NCBI GenBank assembly: GCA_035283385.1 | Contig: DATETZ010000179.1 | Span: forward strand, 270-64,269 | Length of the DNA: 64,000 bases | Source of the DNA: Hyphomicrobiaceae bacterium | GTDB taxonomy: Bacteria; Pseudomonadota; Alphaproteobacteria; Rhizobiales; Hyphomicrobiaceae | Direction: 5' to 3' | In this document: one piece after another, positions 51,480 to 61,417 of the stretch | Layout of the letters: each line of letters starts with the position of its first letter | How positions within the stretch are numbered: position 1 is the first letter of the stretch | Program-made: the position numbers and the translations under genes | Notes under the pieces: generated by a model | Told to the model about the DNA's origin: nothing | Seen by the model: only the letters and a program-made list of their open reading frames with translations | Databases searched by the model: none

Positions 51480-51591
51480 GAAATGTTCTCAAGTCACGAA
51501 TATCCATGATCGGGGCCGGTAGCACCATCGTCGATCTCTGTGCAAAGTGCACGTCTTCGCGCGCCGCGGGCCGGCCTTGGGAGTGAGGGAC

Positions 51592-53133
51592 ATGAGCGAG
51601 CAGCGCGCCATCTCCGGGCTCGAGCTGCTGACCAGCGCCGAGATGGAGCGGGCCGACGAGTTCGCGGTCCGGGCTGGCGTGCCGAGCCTCGCGCTCATGG
51701 AAAACGCGGGCCGCGCGGTTGCCGACGCGGCCGCGAGGCTGGTGGGCGCGCCCGCGCGCGTCGTCGTGCTCGCCGGGCCGGGCAACAACGGCGGCGACGG
51801 CTTTGTCGCCGCGCGCCACCTCGAGGAGCGCGGCTACGACGTGCGGGTCGGGCTGCTCGGCGGGCGCGACGACCTCAAAGGCGATGCGGGCGAAATGGCG
51901 CGGCGCTGGAGTGGTGCTCTCGACCGGCTCTCGGCGTCGGCCTGCGGCACCTGCGATATCATCATCGACGCCTTGTTCGGCGCCGGTCTCTCGCGGCCGC
52001 TCGACGGGGCCGCCGCGTCGGCCGTCGAAGCGGCGAACGAATCTGGGAAGCCGATCATTGCCGTCGACGTGCCGAGCGGTCTCGACGGCACGACCGGGAC
52101 GGCGAGCGGACCCGTGATCGCAGCGGCGCGCACGGTCACCTTCTTCCGCAGGAAGCCTGGGCACCTCTTGATGCCGGGCCGCGCGCTGTGCGGCGAGACG
52201 AGCGTGGCCGACATCGGCATTCCAGAGCGCGCGCTCGAAGCCATCAATCCGCAGACATGGGCCGATGCACCCCCGCTCTGGCTCCCCGAGTTCCCGTGGC
52301 CGCGCCTCGACGCCCACAAGTATGCGCGCGGCCACGCGGTGGTCGTGTCGGGGCCGGCCGATGCCACGGGCGCGGCGCGCCTCGGGGCCCGGGGCGCGCT
52401 GAGGATTGGCGCCGGGCTGGTCACGGTGGCCTCGCCGATCGACGCGGTCGCCATCAACGCCGCACACCTGACGGCGATCATGTTGAAGCCGTTCGACGGC
52501 GCGCGTGGCCTCGCGGAGATCCTTGCCGACGAGCGCAAGAACGCGGTGCTGATCGGGCCCGGCCGCGGCGTCGGAGAGGCAACCCGCGGGGAGGTCGCCG
52601 CGGTTTTGGGCTCCGGCGCGAAGGCCATGCTCGACGCCGATGCGCTGATGTCGTTCGCGGGCGATGCGGGCGGGCTCTGGGACGCGATCAAGCTGAGACC
52701 GCAGCGCGCCGTGGTGCTGACGCCGCACGAAGGCGAGTTCGGCCGGCTGTTTCCCGCTGTGGTGGGCTCCAAGCTCGAGCGCGCGCGCGCGGCGGCGCGG
52801 GCGAGCGGCGCGGTGGTGGTGCTCAAGGGGCCGGACACGGTGATCGCAGCCCCGGACGGGCGCGCGGCGATCAACGAGAACGCACCGCCCTGGCTTGCGA
52901 CGGCCGGCTCGGGCGATGTGCTCGGGGGTTTCGTCACGGGTCTTCTTGCGCAAGGGATGGCGGCGTTCGAGGCCGCGTGCGCGGCCGTGTGGCTGCACGG
53001 GGAATGCGGAACCGCACTCGGGCCTGGCCTGATCGCCGAGGATCTGCCTGAGCGCTTGCCCGAGATGCTTCGCAGTCTATTTCGCTCCGCCGGCGCGTGC
53101 GCGGACGTAGCGCGGTCATCTCGAGGCGGCTGA
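51592..53133 (+). CDS. nnr: Bifunctional NAD(P)HX epimerase/dehydratase
   Basis: LMENAG, GPGNNGGDG, DALFG.G, VD.PSG, HKY.RG, LTPH.GEF.RL, AT.GSGDVL.G. Confidence 0.92.
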   Translation: MSEQRAISGLELLTSAEMERADEFAVRAGVPSLALMENAGRAVADAAARLVGAPARVVVLAGPGNNGGDGFVAARHLEERGYDVRVGLLGGRDDLKGDAGEMARRWSGALDRLSASACGTCDIIIDALFGAGLSRPLDGAAASAVEAANESGKPIIAVDVPSGLDGTTGTASGPVIAAARTVTFFRRKPGHLLMPGRALCGETSVADIGIPERALEAINPQTWADAPPLWLPEFPWPRLDAHKYARGHAVVVSGPADATGAARLGARGALRIGAGLVTVASPIDAVAINAAHLTAIMLKPFDGARGLAEILADERKNAVLIGPGRGVGEATRGEVAAVLGSGAKAMLDADALMSFAGDAGGLWDAIKLRPQRAVVLTPHEGEFGRLFPAVVGSKLERARAAARASGAVVVLKGPDTVIAAPDGRAAINENAPPWLATAGSGDVLGGFVTGLLAQGMAAFEAACAAVWLHGECGTALGPGLIAEDLPERLPEMLRSLFRSAGACADVARSSRGG

Positions 53134-53148
53134 GACAACGAGCGTTCC

Positions 53149-53571
53149 ATGCTGCGCGTCACAGAGACGGTTTCGATCGCCGAGCGCGAGCTCGAGGAGC
53201 GCTTCATCCGTGCCTCGGGACCCGGCGGCCAGAACGTCAACAAGGTCGCAACCGCGGTCGAGCTGCGGTTCGACGTGCGCCAGTCCGGCGCGCTCGCCGA
53301 GCCGGTTCGCCGCCGCCTCGAGCGCCTCGCCGGGCGGCGCATGACCGAGGATGGCGTACTCGTCATTCGCGCCGAGCGCTTCCGGACCCAGGACCGCAAC
53401 CGGGCAGATGCGCGCGCGCGCCTTGTGGCCCTGGTCCGCCAAGCGCTGGTCGGCCCCAAGCGGCGGATCGCGACCAGGCCGACGGCGGCATCCGTGAGGC
53501 GCCGAGCCGAAGCCAAGAGGCACCGCGCCAAGGTGAAGCGGCTGCGCCGGGCGAAGCCTGCGCCCGATTAG
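53149..53571 (+). CDS. arfB: Alternative ribosome-rescue peptidyl-tRNA hydrolase ArfB
   Basis: RASGPGGQNVNKVATAV; basic C-terminal tail. Confidence 0.95.
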   Translation: MLRVTETVSIAERELEERFIRASGPGGQNVNKVATAVELRFDVRQSGALAEPVRRRLERLAGRRMTEDGVLVIRAERFRTQDRNRADARARLVALVRQALVGPKRRIATRPTAASVRRRAEAKRHRAKVKRLRRAKPAPD

Positions 53572-53708
53572 GGCTGTCGACGGCCAACGGCCTTCACTCC
53601 GCGCGTTTTCTTGCGACGTCGGCCGGCACACCAGCACAAGCGGTTTGTGCCGGTGATGGGGGTAGTGTCATAATGTGCTCCTTGAGACAGCGTGCCGAGG
53701 GGGGAGCC

Positions 53709-54710
53709 ATGGATCGGAAGGCAGTGTTCCATCGCCGGCAAGTCAGCACCGGTCTCGCCGCGGCGGTTGCCCTTCCGCTCGCGGGAAGGCTTCCGGGCGC
53801 GAGCGTGCTGGCCCAGACGGCCGGCGGCGCATGGGAGCGGCTCAGCGAGCTTACGGCGGAGGCGCAGCGGCTCGGGCTTTCGGCGCCGAGGACGTCGCTC
53901 ATGCCCTCGCGGGGCGGCGATGCGTTCGACGAGACCATGCCCGCGCTCATCGATTTCATGGACAGCGTCGAGGCCTCGGCGCCGGAGACGCGCGAGGTCG
54001 CTCCGGCCGATGTGGAGAGCCTGCTCGAGCGGGCGTCCCAGATCCTGCGCGAACTGCGCAACGCCGAGCGGCCGTCGCGCGAAATCCTCGAGGATGTCGA
54101 GACGCGCGAGGCACTGCGGGCAGCGCCGCCCGCCCTAGAGACGATCGCCGACGAGTATCGCCAGCGGTTCGCGACGTGCCAAATCAACGATAGCAAGCGA
54201 TCCGAGGTCCTTTGGTATGCGTCGAAGGTCACGGATGCGGGCCGGCGCAGCTCCTACGGCAAGGTGTACGAGGAGACCTGCGTGCCCTGGTACGTCGTTG
54301 CGATTACGCACGGCATGGAGGCGAGCTTCGACATGCAGGCGCATATCCACAACGGCGACCCGCTCAAGAAGAAGACGGTGCAGGTGCCGAAGGGCCGGCC
54401 CGAGCCGTGGAATCCGCCCTCGGATTGGGCCTCGAGCGCGATCGATGCCATGAGGTACGACAAGCTCGACGAGAAGCCGGACTGGCTCCTGGCCAACATG
54501 CTCTATCGCTGGGAGTCCTACAACGGCTGGAGCAGCAGGTTGCGGCATGGCATTGCGACGCCCTATCTGTGGAGCTTCTCGAACCACTACACGAAGGGAA
54601 AGTACGTGGCCGACGGCGTTTGGGACCCCAACGCCGTGTCGAAGCAGTGCGGGGCGGCGGTGATGCTCAAGGCCCTCGTCGAAAGCGGGGCCGTTGCCTT
54701 GCCGGCGTGA
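53709..54710 (+). CDS. Tat-exported lysozyme-family (COG5526-like) protein
   Basis: FHRRQV twin-Arg signal; VPWY.VA..H.MEAS, HNGDPL...TVQVP.GRP, E.YNG, PYLWSFSNHY.KGKYVADG, SKQCGAA. Confidence 0.75.
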   Translation: MDRKAVFHRRQVSTGLAAAVALPLAGRLPGASVLAQTAGGAWERLSELTAEAQRLGLSAPRTSLMPSRGGDAFDETMPALIDFMDSVEASAPETREVAPADVESLLERASQILRELRNAERPSREILEDVETREALRAAPPALETIADEYRQRFATCQINDSKRSEVLWYASKVTDAGRRSSYGKVYEETCVPWYVVAITHGMEASFDMQAHIHNGDPLKKKTVQVPKGRPEPWNPPSDWASSAIDAMRYDKLDEKPDWLLANMLYRWESYNGWSSRLRHGIATPYLWSFSNHYTKGKYVADGVWDPNAVSKQCGAAVMLKALVESGAVALPA

Positions 54711-54762
54711 ACTCCATTCCCCGTTCCCGCGCGGGGAGGCGGCGCGCCCGCGCCTCGCGCCC

Positions 54763-54875
54763 GAGAGCGTGATCGTCTCGGATGGAATCATCCGAGACGT
54801 GAATGACGCTCTCAATCATAAACTTAAACCATGGTTCACGCGTCAGACCGATAGGGTCTGACGCGATCAGGTCGC
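54763..54875. repeat. Double-hairpin repeat, family B copy 2 (degenerate ends)
   Basis: GAGAGCGTGATCGTCTCGGATG...CATCCGAGACGTGAATGACGCTCTC plus CGCGTCAGACC..GGTCTGACGCG; homologous to 11275-11391. Confidence 0.8.
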
Positions 54876-54880
54876 GCTCG

Positions 54881-57250
54881 TCACTGAACCGGCGCCAGAG
54901 TGGCATCCGTCGGCGCATCGGTGCTGCCCGGTGCAAGGGGCGTCGTGTCGGCGCTCCGGCGGCAGGGGGCGGGCATAAGCGGCGCACCGGTTGCGGCCGC
55001 GATCACCTCACCCGTCTTCTGATCGAGGCCGGTGTCCGCCAACGCCAATCGAAACGGCTTGGCGGTGTCGGACCACGTGAGCTCGAAGGCCTGCAAATCG
55101 GCGCGCCGGCCCCCCGACATCGTCATGGCGTCGGTATAGGAGGCCGTTCCACGGCCGCTGCCATTGAAGTCGATCAACGGCCAAAAGCACTCATTGTCGT
55201 CGACGACGCCGTCGCCATTGAGGTCCTCGGTGAACGCCGCCTTGGTGGTCGCGGCGTCCTCGATGTCGGCGAGCTGGCGCGAGAAGATCGCCATGTCCTC
55301 GCCGTCGATCCTTGCGTCGGAATTGAGGTCGGCAAGCAGACGAAGATTGGACGGCGACAGCGTGAGCACGGCCTCGAGGGCATCGATTTCCGGCGCCGCG
55401 CCCGAGTCGGCCCGCGAGGCGGCCGACGCCGTGATGATCCCGATGACGTCGGCCGGCGTCCGGGTCGGGTCGATCTCGAACAAGATGGCGGCGAGGGCGG
55501 TCACGTGCGGCGCGGCCTGCGAGGTGCCGCTGCACACCTCGTAGGGGCGCGAACCGCCCACGAGCGTGCTCAAGATCTCGACGCCCGGCGCGGCAACGTG
55601 CCCTCCCGTGTTCGAGAAGCTCGCGCGCCGGCCGTCGCGATCGACGGCCTCGACGACGAGAATGTTCGTGGCCGGCTCGCCGGACGCCCATTTGTAGGTG
55701 GCGGCCCAGGCGAACGGGGATGCCCACTTGGTCTCGAGGGGTTGCGCCCGCCCTTCCGAGTCGTTTCCGGCCGCAACGACGAAAAGGATCCGGTCCTCGA
55801 CCCGGCTCGCCAGCAGCCGGATGAGATTGGCTTGATGACTGATATGCAGCTTGAGTCCCTGGACTTCATCGGGGTCCGCGTCGCCGATCAGGTTGCGGGC
55901 GAGAAAATTGTATCCGAGACTGATATTGATGACGCGCAGGTTGTCGGGGTTGATCGTGTTCTCGTAAATGTAGTCCATGGTCTTGCCGAGCACGTCATCG
56001 AACAACAGCGTTTGCAGCTCCCAAAGATCGTCGACCCCGAGGCCGCCGGCCTCGTTGGCGATGCTGCCGTCGACCGAGATGGCGTCGATGCGCGCCTCGG
56101 GAATGATGCCGTCGATTCCGTTCCCGTCGCTGCGGCGCGCACCCGCGATGCCGGCAACGTGCATGCCGTGGTTGGTCGCGCAATTCGGTTTCTGGACGGC
56201 AACCGCCGGCGCGCCTTGCATTGAATTGAACGCAAGGTTGGGATGCTCGCCGAAGCCGCCGTCGACGAAGCCGATCTTGGGGCGAGCGGCATCGGGGCTG
56301 AGCTTGCGATAGCGATCGAGAATGGTCCACACCGGAGGCAAGCGGATCGCCTTCAAGCCCCAGTTGCCGTCGAGGTCGTCGCCCGGCGTCCAGCGCCAGC
56401 TGTAGGTGCGGCCGTTTTCGTGGAGCCGGACGCCGCTCGGGCCGGTCAGGCGCTTCGTTCCCATGATCGAGTTGACGAAGGCCGCATCGACGACGGGCTC
56501 GTTGCGCAGCTTGCGAATGAGCGGCGGCTCGAGGATCTTCTCGAGCCGGGCTTTCGGATCGGCCGCGGCTTGTGCCGTATCGGTCTCGCTTTCGTCCGAG
56601 CCGGATCGCCCGCCCGCGGCGGGCTTATTGACCTCGACCGTGATCACGCCGAGAGGCGCGATCATTCGGGTAATGCTGAAATCGTATTTCCGGAGCAGCG
56701 TGCTGATCTCGGCTTCCTGGGCGGTCGGCTTCAGTTGAATGACGTAGCTATTCTTCTTGGCCACCGGGACCTCGGCCTGTGCGACGAGCTGCACGTCGGC
56801 GGAGGACGCCCCCGGCGGGAGAGGGCGCAACGGAGACACCTTGAGCGCATCCCCCAGGCGCGTCGCCTGGGCCTTGACCGTCGCGGCGTCAACAGGGGCC
56901 TTGGCGGGAGGGCCTGACCCGCGCAATTTCTCGACCACATAGTCGTAGATCGAGCGGAGCCAGGATGAGCTCGAGCTGCCTTTCCCGTCCGGCGATGTCC
57001 CGGGCTCCTTCGTGGTCTCGCTCCGAGGGGAGGTCGCGCCGTCGCTGGCCTTCGGTCTTATCCATTGGAAATCCTCCTTGTGGACCCGGGCCGGCGGCGT
57101 TGGCCTGAGCGAGCGGCCGGGCCTCGGAGAGAACTTTTCCTCGAGCGTGCGTTGCAGCGCCTCGTAGGTGTGGGCCGGCCGCTGGGATTGCGCGGCGGTA
57201 AGGGTCGGCAAGGCGAACGCGACGGCCATGACAAAAGCGTGTTTCAACAT
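54881..57250 (-). CDS. Exported S8 (subtilisin-like) serine peptidase with C-terminal Ca-binding repeats
   Basis: Triad FVDGGF / HGMHVAGI / GTSQAAPHV; AAGN; DLNSDARIDGED and DLNGDGVVDDNE repeats. Confidence 0.9.
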   Translation of the reverse strand: MLKHAFVMAVAFALPTLTAAQSQRPAHTYEALQRTLEEKFSPRPGRSLRPTPPARVHKEDFQWIRPKASDGATSPRSETTKEPGTSPDGKGSSSSSWLRSIYDYVVEKLRGSGPPAKAPVDAATVKAQATRLGDALKVSPLRPLPPGASSADVQLVAQAEVPVAKKNSYVIQLKPTAQEAEISTLLRKYDFSITRMIAPLGVITVEVNKPAAGGRSGSDESETDTAQAAADPKARLEKILEPPLIRKLRNEPVVDAAFVNSIMGTKRLTGPSGVRLHENGRTYSWRWTPGDDLDGNWGLKAIRLPPVWTILDRYRKLSPDAARPKIGFVDGGFGEHPNLAFNSMQGAPAVAVQKPNCATNHGMHVAGIAGARRSDGNGIDGIIPEARIDAISVDGSIANEAGGLGVDDLWELQTLLFDDVLGKTMDYIYENTINPDNLRVINISLGYNFLARNLIGDADPDEVQGLKLHISHQANLIRLLASRVEDRILFVVAAGNDSEGRAQPLETKWASPFAWAATYKWASGEPATNILVVEAVDRDGRRASFSNTGGHVAAPGVEILSTLVGGSRPYEVCSGTSQAAPHVTALAAILFEIDPTRTPADVIGIITASAASRADSGAAPEIDALEAVLTLSPSNLRLLADLNSDARIDGEDMAIFSRQLADIEDAATTKAAFTEDLNGDGVVDDNECFWPLIDFNGSGRGTASYTDAMTMSGGRRADLQAFELTWSDTAKPFRLALADTGLDQKTGEVIAAATGAPLMPAPCRRSADTTPLAPGSTDAPTDATLAPVQ

Positions 57251-57403
57251 GGCGGGTGCTCCCTGATGAAATCGCTGATTGGGCCGAAAATGCACGCCGG
57301 CCCTGCGGACCGCTCTCGGGGTCAGCGGGTCGTCCGGTGTGGCCTCAGGCGTCGTGTGCACGGCTTGTGTGGCGCATGTGCGACGTGTGCGCCGACTCCG
57401 GCC

Positions 57404-58939
57404 TTACTTCCACAAGTTGCTCCACCATCCACCGGTGCTGTCCCACGCTTTCTGCCACCAGGGCCGCTGATCCGGCGGATGGGGCGCAGGTGTCGGCTCG
57501 GGCGCCGGTGGCGGAGCCGGCTCGGGCGGTTTGGGCACGGGTGCCGGTTCGGGGACAGGTGCGGGGGTTGGTTCGGAGGTCGGCGGAGGCGGTGTCGGTT
57601 CCGGAACCGGCAATGGCGCGGGCGTGGGAGCAGGCGCCGGCTCGACCTTAGGTTCGGGCGGTGGAGGGGTCGGCTCGGTTGCCGGGGCGGCGGCGATCTC
57701 GAGCCCAGGGTCGACGGTCAAGTTGCCATCGCCATCGAGCCCGGGATCCAATCCCTTGCCGCGCCTCAGCGCCGCGATCAGCGACGTGAAGGTCGGCACA
57801 TAGACATCGAGCGTCTCGTTGCCGCGCTTGATGCGCTGGCGGACATTGAAATGAAGGTGCAGGCTCGTCGCCGGCCTTCCGCCCATGTACTTGGAGACGC
57901 GGCCGAGCACGTCGCCCTGCTTCACCGATTGGCCGATCGTCACGCGGATCGACTTCGGGTGCATGTGAAGATAGTAGTAGTTCGTCCCGTCCGACGCCTT
58001 GAGCTGCACGGTCGTGTTCGGGGTCACGTTGGAAATCGTTCCGTCGGCGACCGCGACCGCCTCCCAATAATTGTCCTTGTAGCTCGGCGGGCGAATGTCC
58101 TGGCCTTGATGCCCGGTTCCGGCCGGGCATAGCGGCATCTTCCAGCTTCTAATCTCGCAATAGTTGTCGCGTTGCTGCAGGGGGTCGTAGTTGCGCGGAT
58201 CGCTTTCGCTGCCCCCGGCGGCGCCCTTGCCGTTCCACCCGCCGCCGCCGTAACCCCAGATCTGCGAGTTCATGTGCGGGTGCTGATCCTGCGCCAGCCG
58301 CAGAGGAAAGATGATGCTGGGCGCATACACCTTGCGATCGCCGACGCGGCCGCGCCCTTTGTCCTGCGCCAAGAGATCGCCCGGCGGGTGGTAGGCGAAG
58401 CCAGGAGTGGCCGTTGCAGGCGGCGGTGCATCGGGACCTCTGGTGGTGTCGGCCGGCGGCGCCGGCGAGGGTCCAGGGGTTGTCGGCGTGGTCTCTCCGC
58501 TCGGCGGCTCGGTCGGACTGGGGGTCGGCGTCGTCGAATCGGGAGACGGAGGCAGCAGGCTGCAACGCGCCGGCTCGATGCGCGCCGTCGGCCATGCCTC
58601 GGTTCGGGCTGTGCCGGCCCGAATGTCCCCGCGGCACGGATCGGAAAGGTGGCCGCTGCCTGCTCCGGCGCCGTCAGGCGCGGCAGGAGCCCCTGATCTT
58701 GGGTCACCGGGGACGAGCGCCCGCATGAGCGCGTACGATCTGAGATCGCGGCTCGCGACATTTCTCGGCGGAACAAGAGTCGCCCCCGCGTCGCGTGCGC
58801 GCGCAACCGAGGTGCCCGCGCCGCTGTCGCTCGAGACGGCCCGTGGAAAAACGGGCAACGCGAGACATAGGAGCAGGATAAAGCCGGGAACTCGTCGACC
58901 CGAAGCCACGCTTACCCCCTGTCCCACCCCAGAGCCCAT
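57404..58939 (-). CDS. M23 family metallopeptidase with Pro/Thr-rich linkers (start uncertain)
   Basis: HQGQD (HxxxD), YLHM, V..G..LG.V, HLH; PT- and PE-rich flanks. Confidence 0.85.
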   Translation of the reverse strand: MGSGVGQGVSVASGRRVPGFILLLCLALPVFPRAVSSDSGAGTSVARARDAGATLVPPRNVASRDLRSYALMRALVPGDPRSGAPAAPDGAGAGSGHLSDPCRGDIRAGTARTEAWPTARIEPARCSLLPPSPDSTTPTPSPTEPPSGETTPTTPGPSPAPPADTTRGPDAPPPATATPGFAYHPPGDLLAQDKGRGRVGDRKVYAPSIIFPLRLAQDQHPHMNSQIWGYGGGGWNGKGAAGGSESDPRNYDPLQQRDNYCEIRSWKMPLCPAGTGHQGQDIRPPSYKDNYWEAVAVADGTISNVTPNTTVQLKASDGTNYYYLHMHPKSIRVTIGQSVKQGDVLGRVSKYMGGRPATSLHLHFNVRQRIKRGNETLDVYVPTFTSLIAALRRGKGLDPGLDGDGNLTVDPGLEIAAAPATEPTPPPPEPKVEPAPAPTPAPLPVPEPTPPPPTSEPTPAPVPEPAPVPKPPEPAPPPAPEPTPAPHPPDQRPWWQKAWDSTGGWWSNLWK

Positions 58940-59217
58940 CGTGCCGATAATGCCCAAACGTGACCGCCGTTGCAACGGAACGAACCCACCCGGCCGCGCT
59001 CGTCCTCCTCGATGCGCATGAGCCCCCTCATGCCGGTGCTGTCGTTTTTCCCCGCTCGCGGTGACGGGCCGTTGTCGCGGAGGCGGCCCGCCGGGGCCGG
59101 TTGATGCTTGATCGCATTCGGCGCCCGCGGCTAGATTGGGCTTGCCGCGCGGCGGTGCCGGCCCGAGGCTTGGCCCCGGGGTCTTGCCCGACGGCTTGGC
59201 TGGAGAGGGGATTTCAA

Positions 59218-59871
59218 ATGTCAGTCATCGAAATGCGATCCGGCCTCGCTCTCGCCATTACGGTTCTCGTGATGGGCGCCGGCCTCGCGCCGAGGGCTGC
59301 GGCAGGGGCGGACCTGATCAAGGTCGAATGGAACGACCCCGAGATCCAGAGCTTCGTCAGTGCACGGGCGGCTGGCCCCGCGCGCTCGTTCGGGGCTTCG
59401 GCGGACGAAAAGCTCGCAAATGTGCAGGTTCCTGTGCTCGCGTTCGAAGCCACTCCGGGCGTGGTCGAGAACACGTTCAGGGGGGCGAGTCCGGCCGCCG
59501 AGCGCGACGTCGTGGTCGATGAGCAAAACCCGGTCTGGTACCAGCTCGTCGAGCGCTATGGCGACATGACGGTCAGCGTCGAGGCGGATCTGCGCGTCCA
59601 GCACGAGGTCCCCGAGAGCTATCCGGTCTACGGTGCGGAGCGCCGGGGTGGCGCTGAAGCCGGGCCCGAGGTCTCGGTGTTCGACGAGCAGAACGAGGAC
59701 GGCGTTGAGGAAGGCCTTATCGCCGAGTACACGATCGAGAAATTCGGCGTCCCATACAAGGTCACCATCGAATGCTCCGCCTCGGCGAAAGAGCAATGCC
59801 GCGACACGGGGCAGATCGCCAAGGACAGCGAGCTTTTGAAGCTCGTGCGCGCGAACCCGCCGCCTCAATAG
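59218..59871 (+). CDS. Exported hypothetical protein
   Basis: GAGGGG RBS; signal peptide; VPVL and KFGVPYKVTIEC......QC motifs. Confidence 0.7.
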   Translation: MSVIEMRSGLALAITVLVMGAGLAPRAAAGADLIKVEWNDPEIQSFVSARAAGPARSFGASADEKLANVQVPVLAFEATPGVVENTFRGASPAAERDVVVDEQNPVWYQLVERYGDMTVSVEADLRVQHEVPESYPVYGAERRGGAEAGPEVSVFDEQNEDGVEEGLIAEYTIEKFGVPYKVTIECSASAKEQCRDTGQIAKDSELLKLVRANPPPQ

Positions 59872-59992
59872 AATTGTGGGCGGCGGCGCGCGCCGTTGCG
59901 GCGGCGACGCCAACGCCGGCGGCGAGGAGAGAGCGGCGCTCGAGGTGCATCGATGGGCTCCGGGCGCTCGCCGGATTACGCACGAGCCCCGG

Positions 59993-60649
59993 CTAAAGAC
60001 GTTTAAGCCGCGCCGGCGCGGGCCGGCCGAGACACACGCGGATGATCTCGAGCCCGCCCGAGACCGCGGTCTCCCAATCGAGCAATGAGCTCGCCGCCGG
60101 GCCTGCGGTGCCCCCGCCCTCGGCCGCGAGGAGCGCGGGGATATGGACGAGCCCGGTCATCGCCGGGCGAGCGGCGGCGAGGGCATGATAGAGCACGGCA
60201 TTGCAGAGATAGGTGCCGGCGTCGTCCGAGACATGAGCCGGAAGGCCGAGGGCGGTCAGCCGCGCGACGATGGCCTCGGCCGGGACCCCGGCCGCCATGC
60301 GCTCCGGGCCCCCGGCGGCGATCGAGGCCGAGGACGGGAGCGCCCCTCGTGCATCGGGCGTCGGGCTTCGGATATTGCGGGCCGAGGTCTCGATGACAAA
60401 GCCCTGCGCCCGCTCGGAGACCCCGAAGTGCAAGGCAAGCCTCGGTTTTTCTCGCGCGTAATGCGCGGCGAGACGAGCCGGCGCCGCCTCCCACTCGGTC
60501 GGCAGGACCTTCGCCACCACCCGATGGGCGCGGAAACGGCTTGCGGCGAGACGGCCGAGCTTTGCGGCGAGCAGCGCGCTGGCGTTCTCCGCGATCCCGG
60601 GGAACGGGCCGAAGCCGGTCAGAAGGATGGTCGGCCGCAGTGAGGGCAT
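59993..60649 (-). CDS. pcp: Pyroglutamyl-peptidase I (C15)
   Basis: ILLTGFGPF...NAS, LPTEW, HFGV, IE..ARN, SDDAGTYLCN..LY, VHIP. Confidence 0.88.
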   Translation of the reverse strand: MPSLRPTILLTGFGPFPGIAENASALLAAKLGRLAASRFRAHRVVAKVLPTEWEAAPARLAAHYAREKPRLALHFGVSERAQGFVIETSARNIRSPTPDARGALPSSASIAAGGPERMAAGVPAEAIVARLTALGLPAHVSDDAGTYLCNAVLYHALAAARPAMTGLVHIPALLAAEGGGTAGPAASSLLDWETAVSGGLEIIRVCLGRPAPARLKRL

Positions 60650-60782
60650 GGCGCGAGCATAGCCGATTGGTGCCCCTGTGTTGCACGCCTGCAAGTGTGC
60701 AATCGCAAAGACGGGGGCAAACTGTGCTCTGGTCCAGGCGGGAAAAGCCTGCGACGCCGCAAAGCAGGGGAGGCCGCCGCCC

Positions 60783-61130
60783 ATGAAGCAATTCTTCGAT
60801 CAGCTGCTGAGCTTCTTGCAGCAGGGAATAGCGGCGATCTTCCGCTTTGTCGGACTTATCTGGAACTGGACCATCGCACAGGTCACGCAGGTGATGCAGG
60901 TGCCCTGGGCGAGCCTGCCGCTGTGGAAGCAAATCGCGCTGGTCGTGCTGGGACTGGCCGTGGTCATGGTCTTGTTCAGGGCCGCCAAGGAGTTCTGGGT
61001 GGCCGGGGAGAAGATCCTGGCTGCGTTCGTCACTCTGCTTGCCGTCCTCGTTCGCACGCTGCCCCTGATCCTGCTTGCGGGAGCGATTGCGGCCGGGGGT
61101 CTGTGGGTCATCAACAGAATCAACTTTTGA
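60783..61130 (+). CDS. Small membrane hypothetical protein
   Basis: GGGAGG RBS; FLQQGI.AIF.FV..IW.W and hydrophobic helices. Confidence 0.7.
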   Translation: MKQFFDQLLSFLQQGIAAIFRFVGLIWNWTIAQVTQVMQVPWASLPLWKQIALVVLGLAVVMVLFRAAKEFWVAGEKILAAFVTLLAVLVRTLPLILLAGAIAAGGLWVINRINF

Positions 61131-61417
61131 GGCGCGCCGGGGCTCGCCGTGACCCAGCTCGCGGGGGAAATGCTCCTCGAGATCATTTACGGTGTGCGCG
61201 GCGGGACGGCCCGGGGATTGGGTGCGCGCGGCGGCGGTGAGCCTGAGCTGCGTCATTGAGCCAAACCAAGTTGGCGCCGTTGCATCCGGCGTCCGACCGT
61301 GCGGGCGTCATCTGCGGGGCGACAATCTGTTGGGCGGCGGAGTTGCCGGATGCGCCGCCGCTTTTTAGAATTCGTCGCTGGCCGACGCTGAACCGTGTGG
61401 CGCGAGGGAGCAATGCG

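Noticed and set aside
57460-57690. DNA tandem repeat array
   Set aside because: Explained by the Pro/Glu/Ala-rich linker codons of the M23 protein
53709-58939. Prophage lysis cassette
   Set aside because: No holin, spanin, structural or integrase genes; the enzymes carry their own export signals
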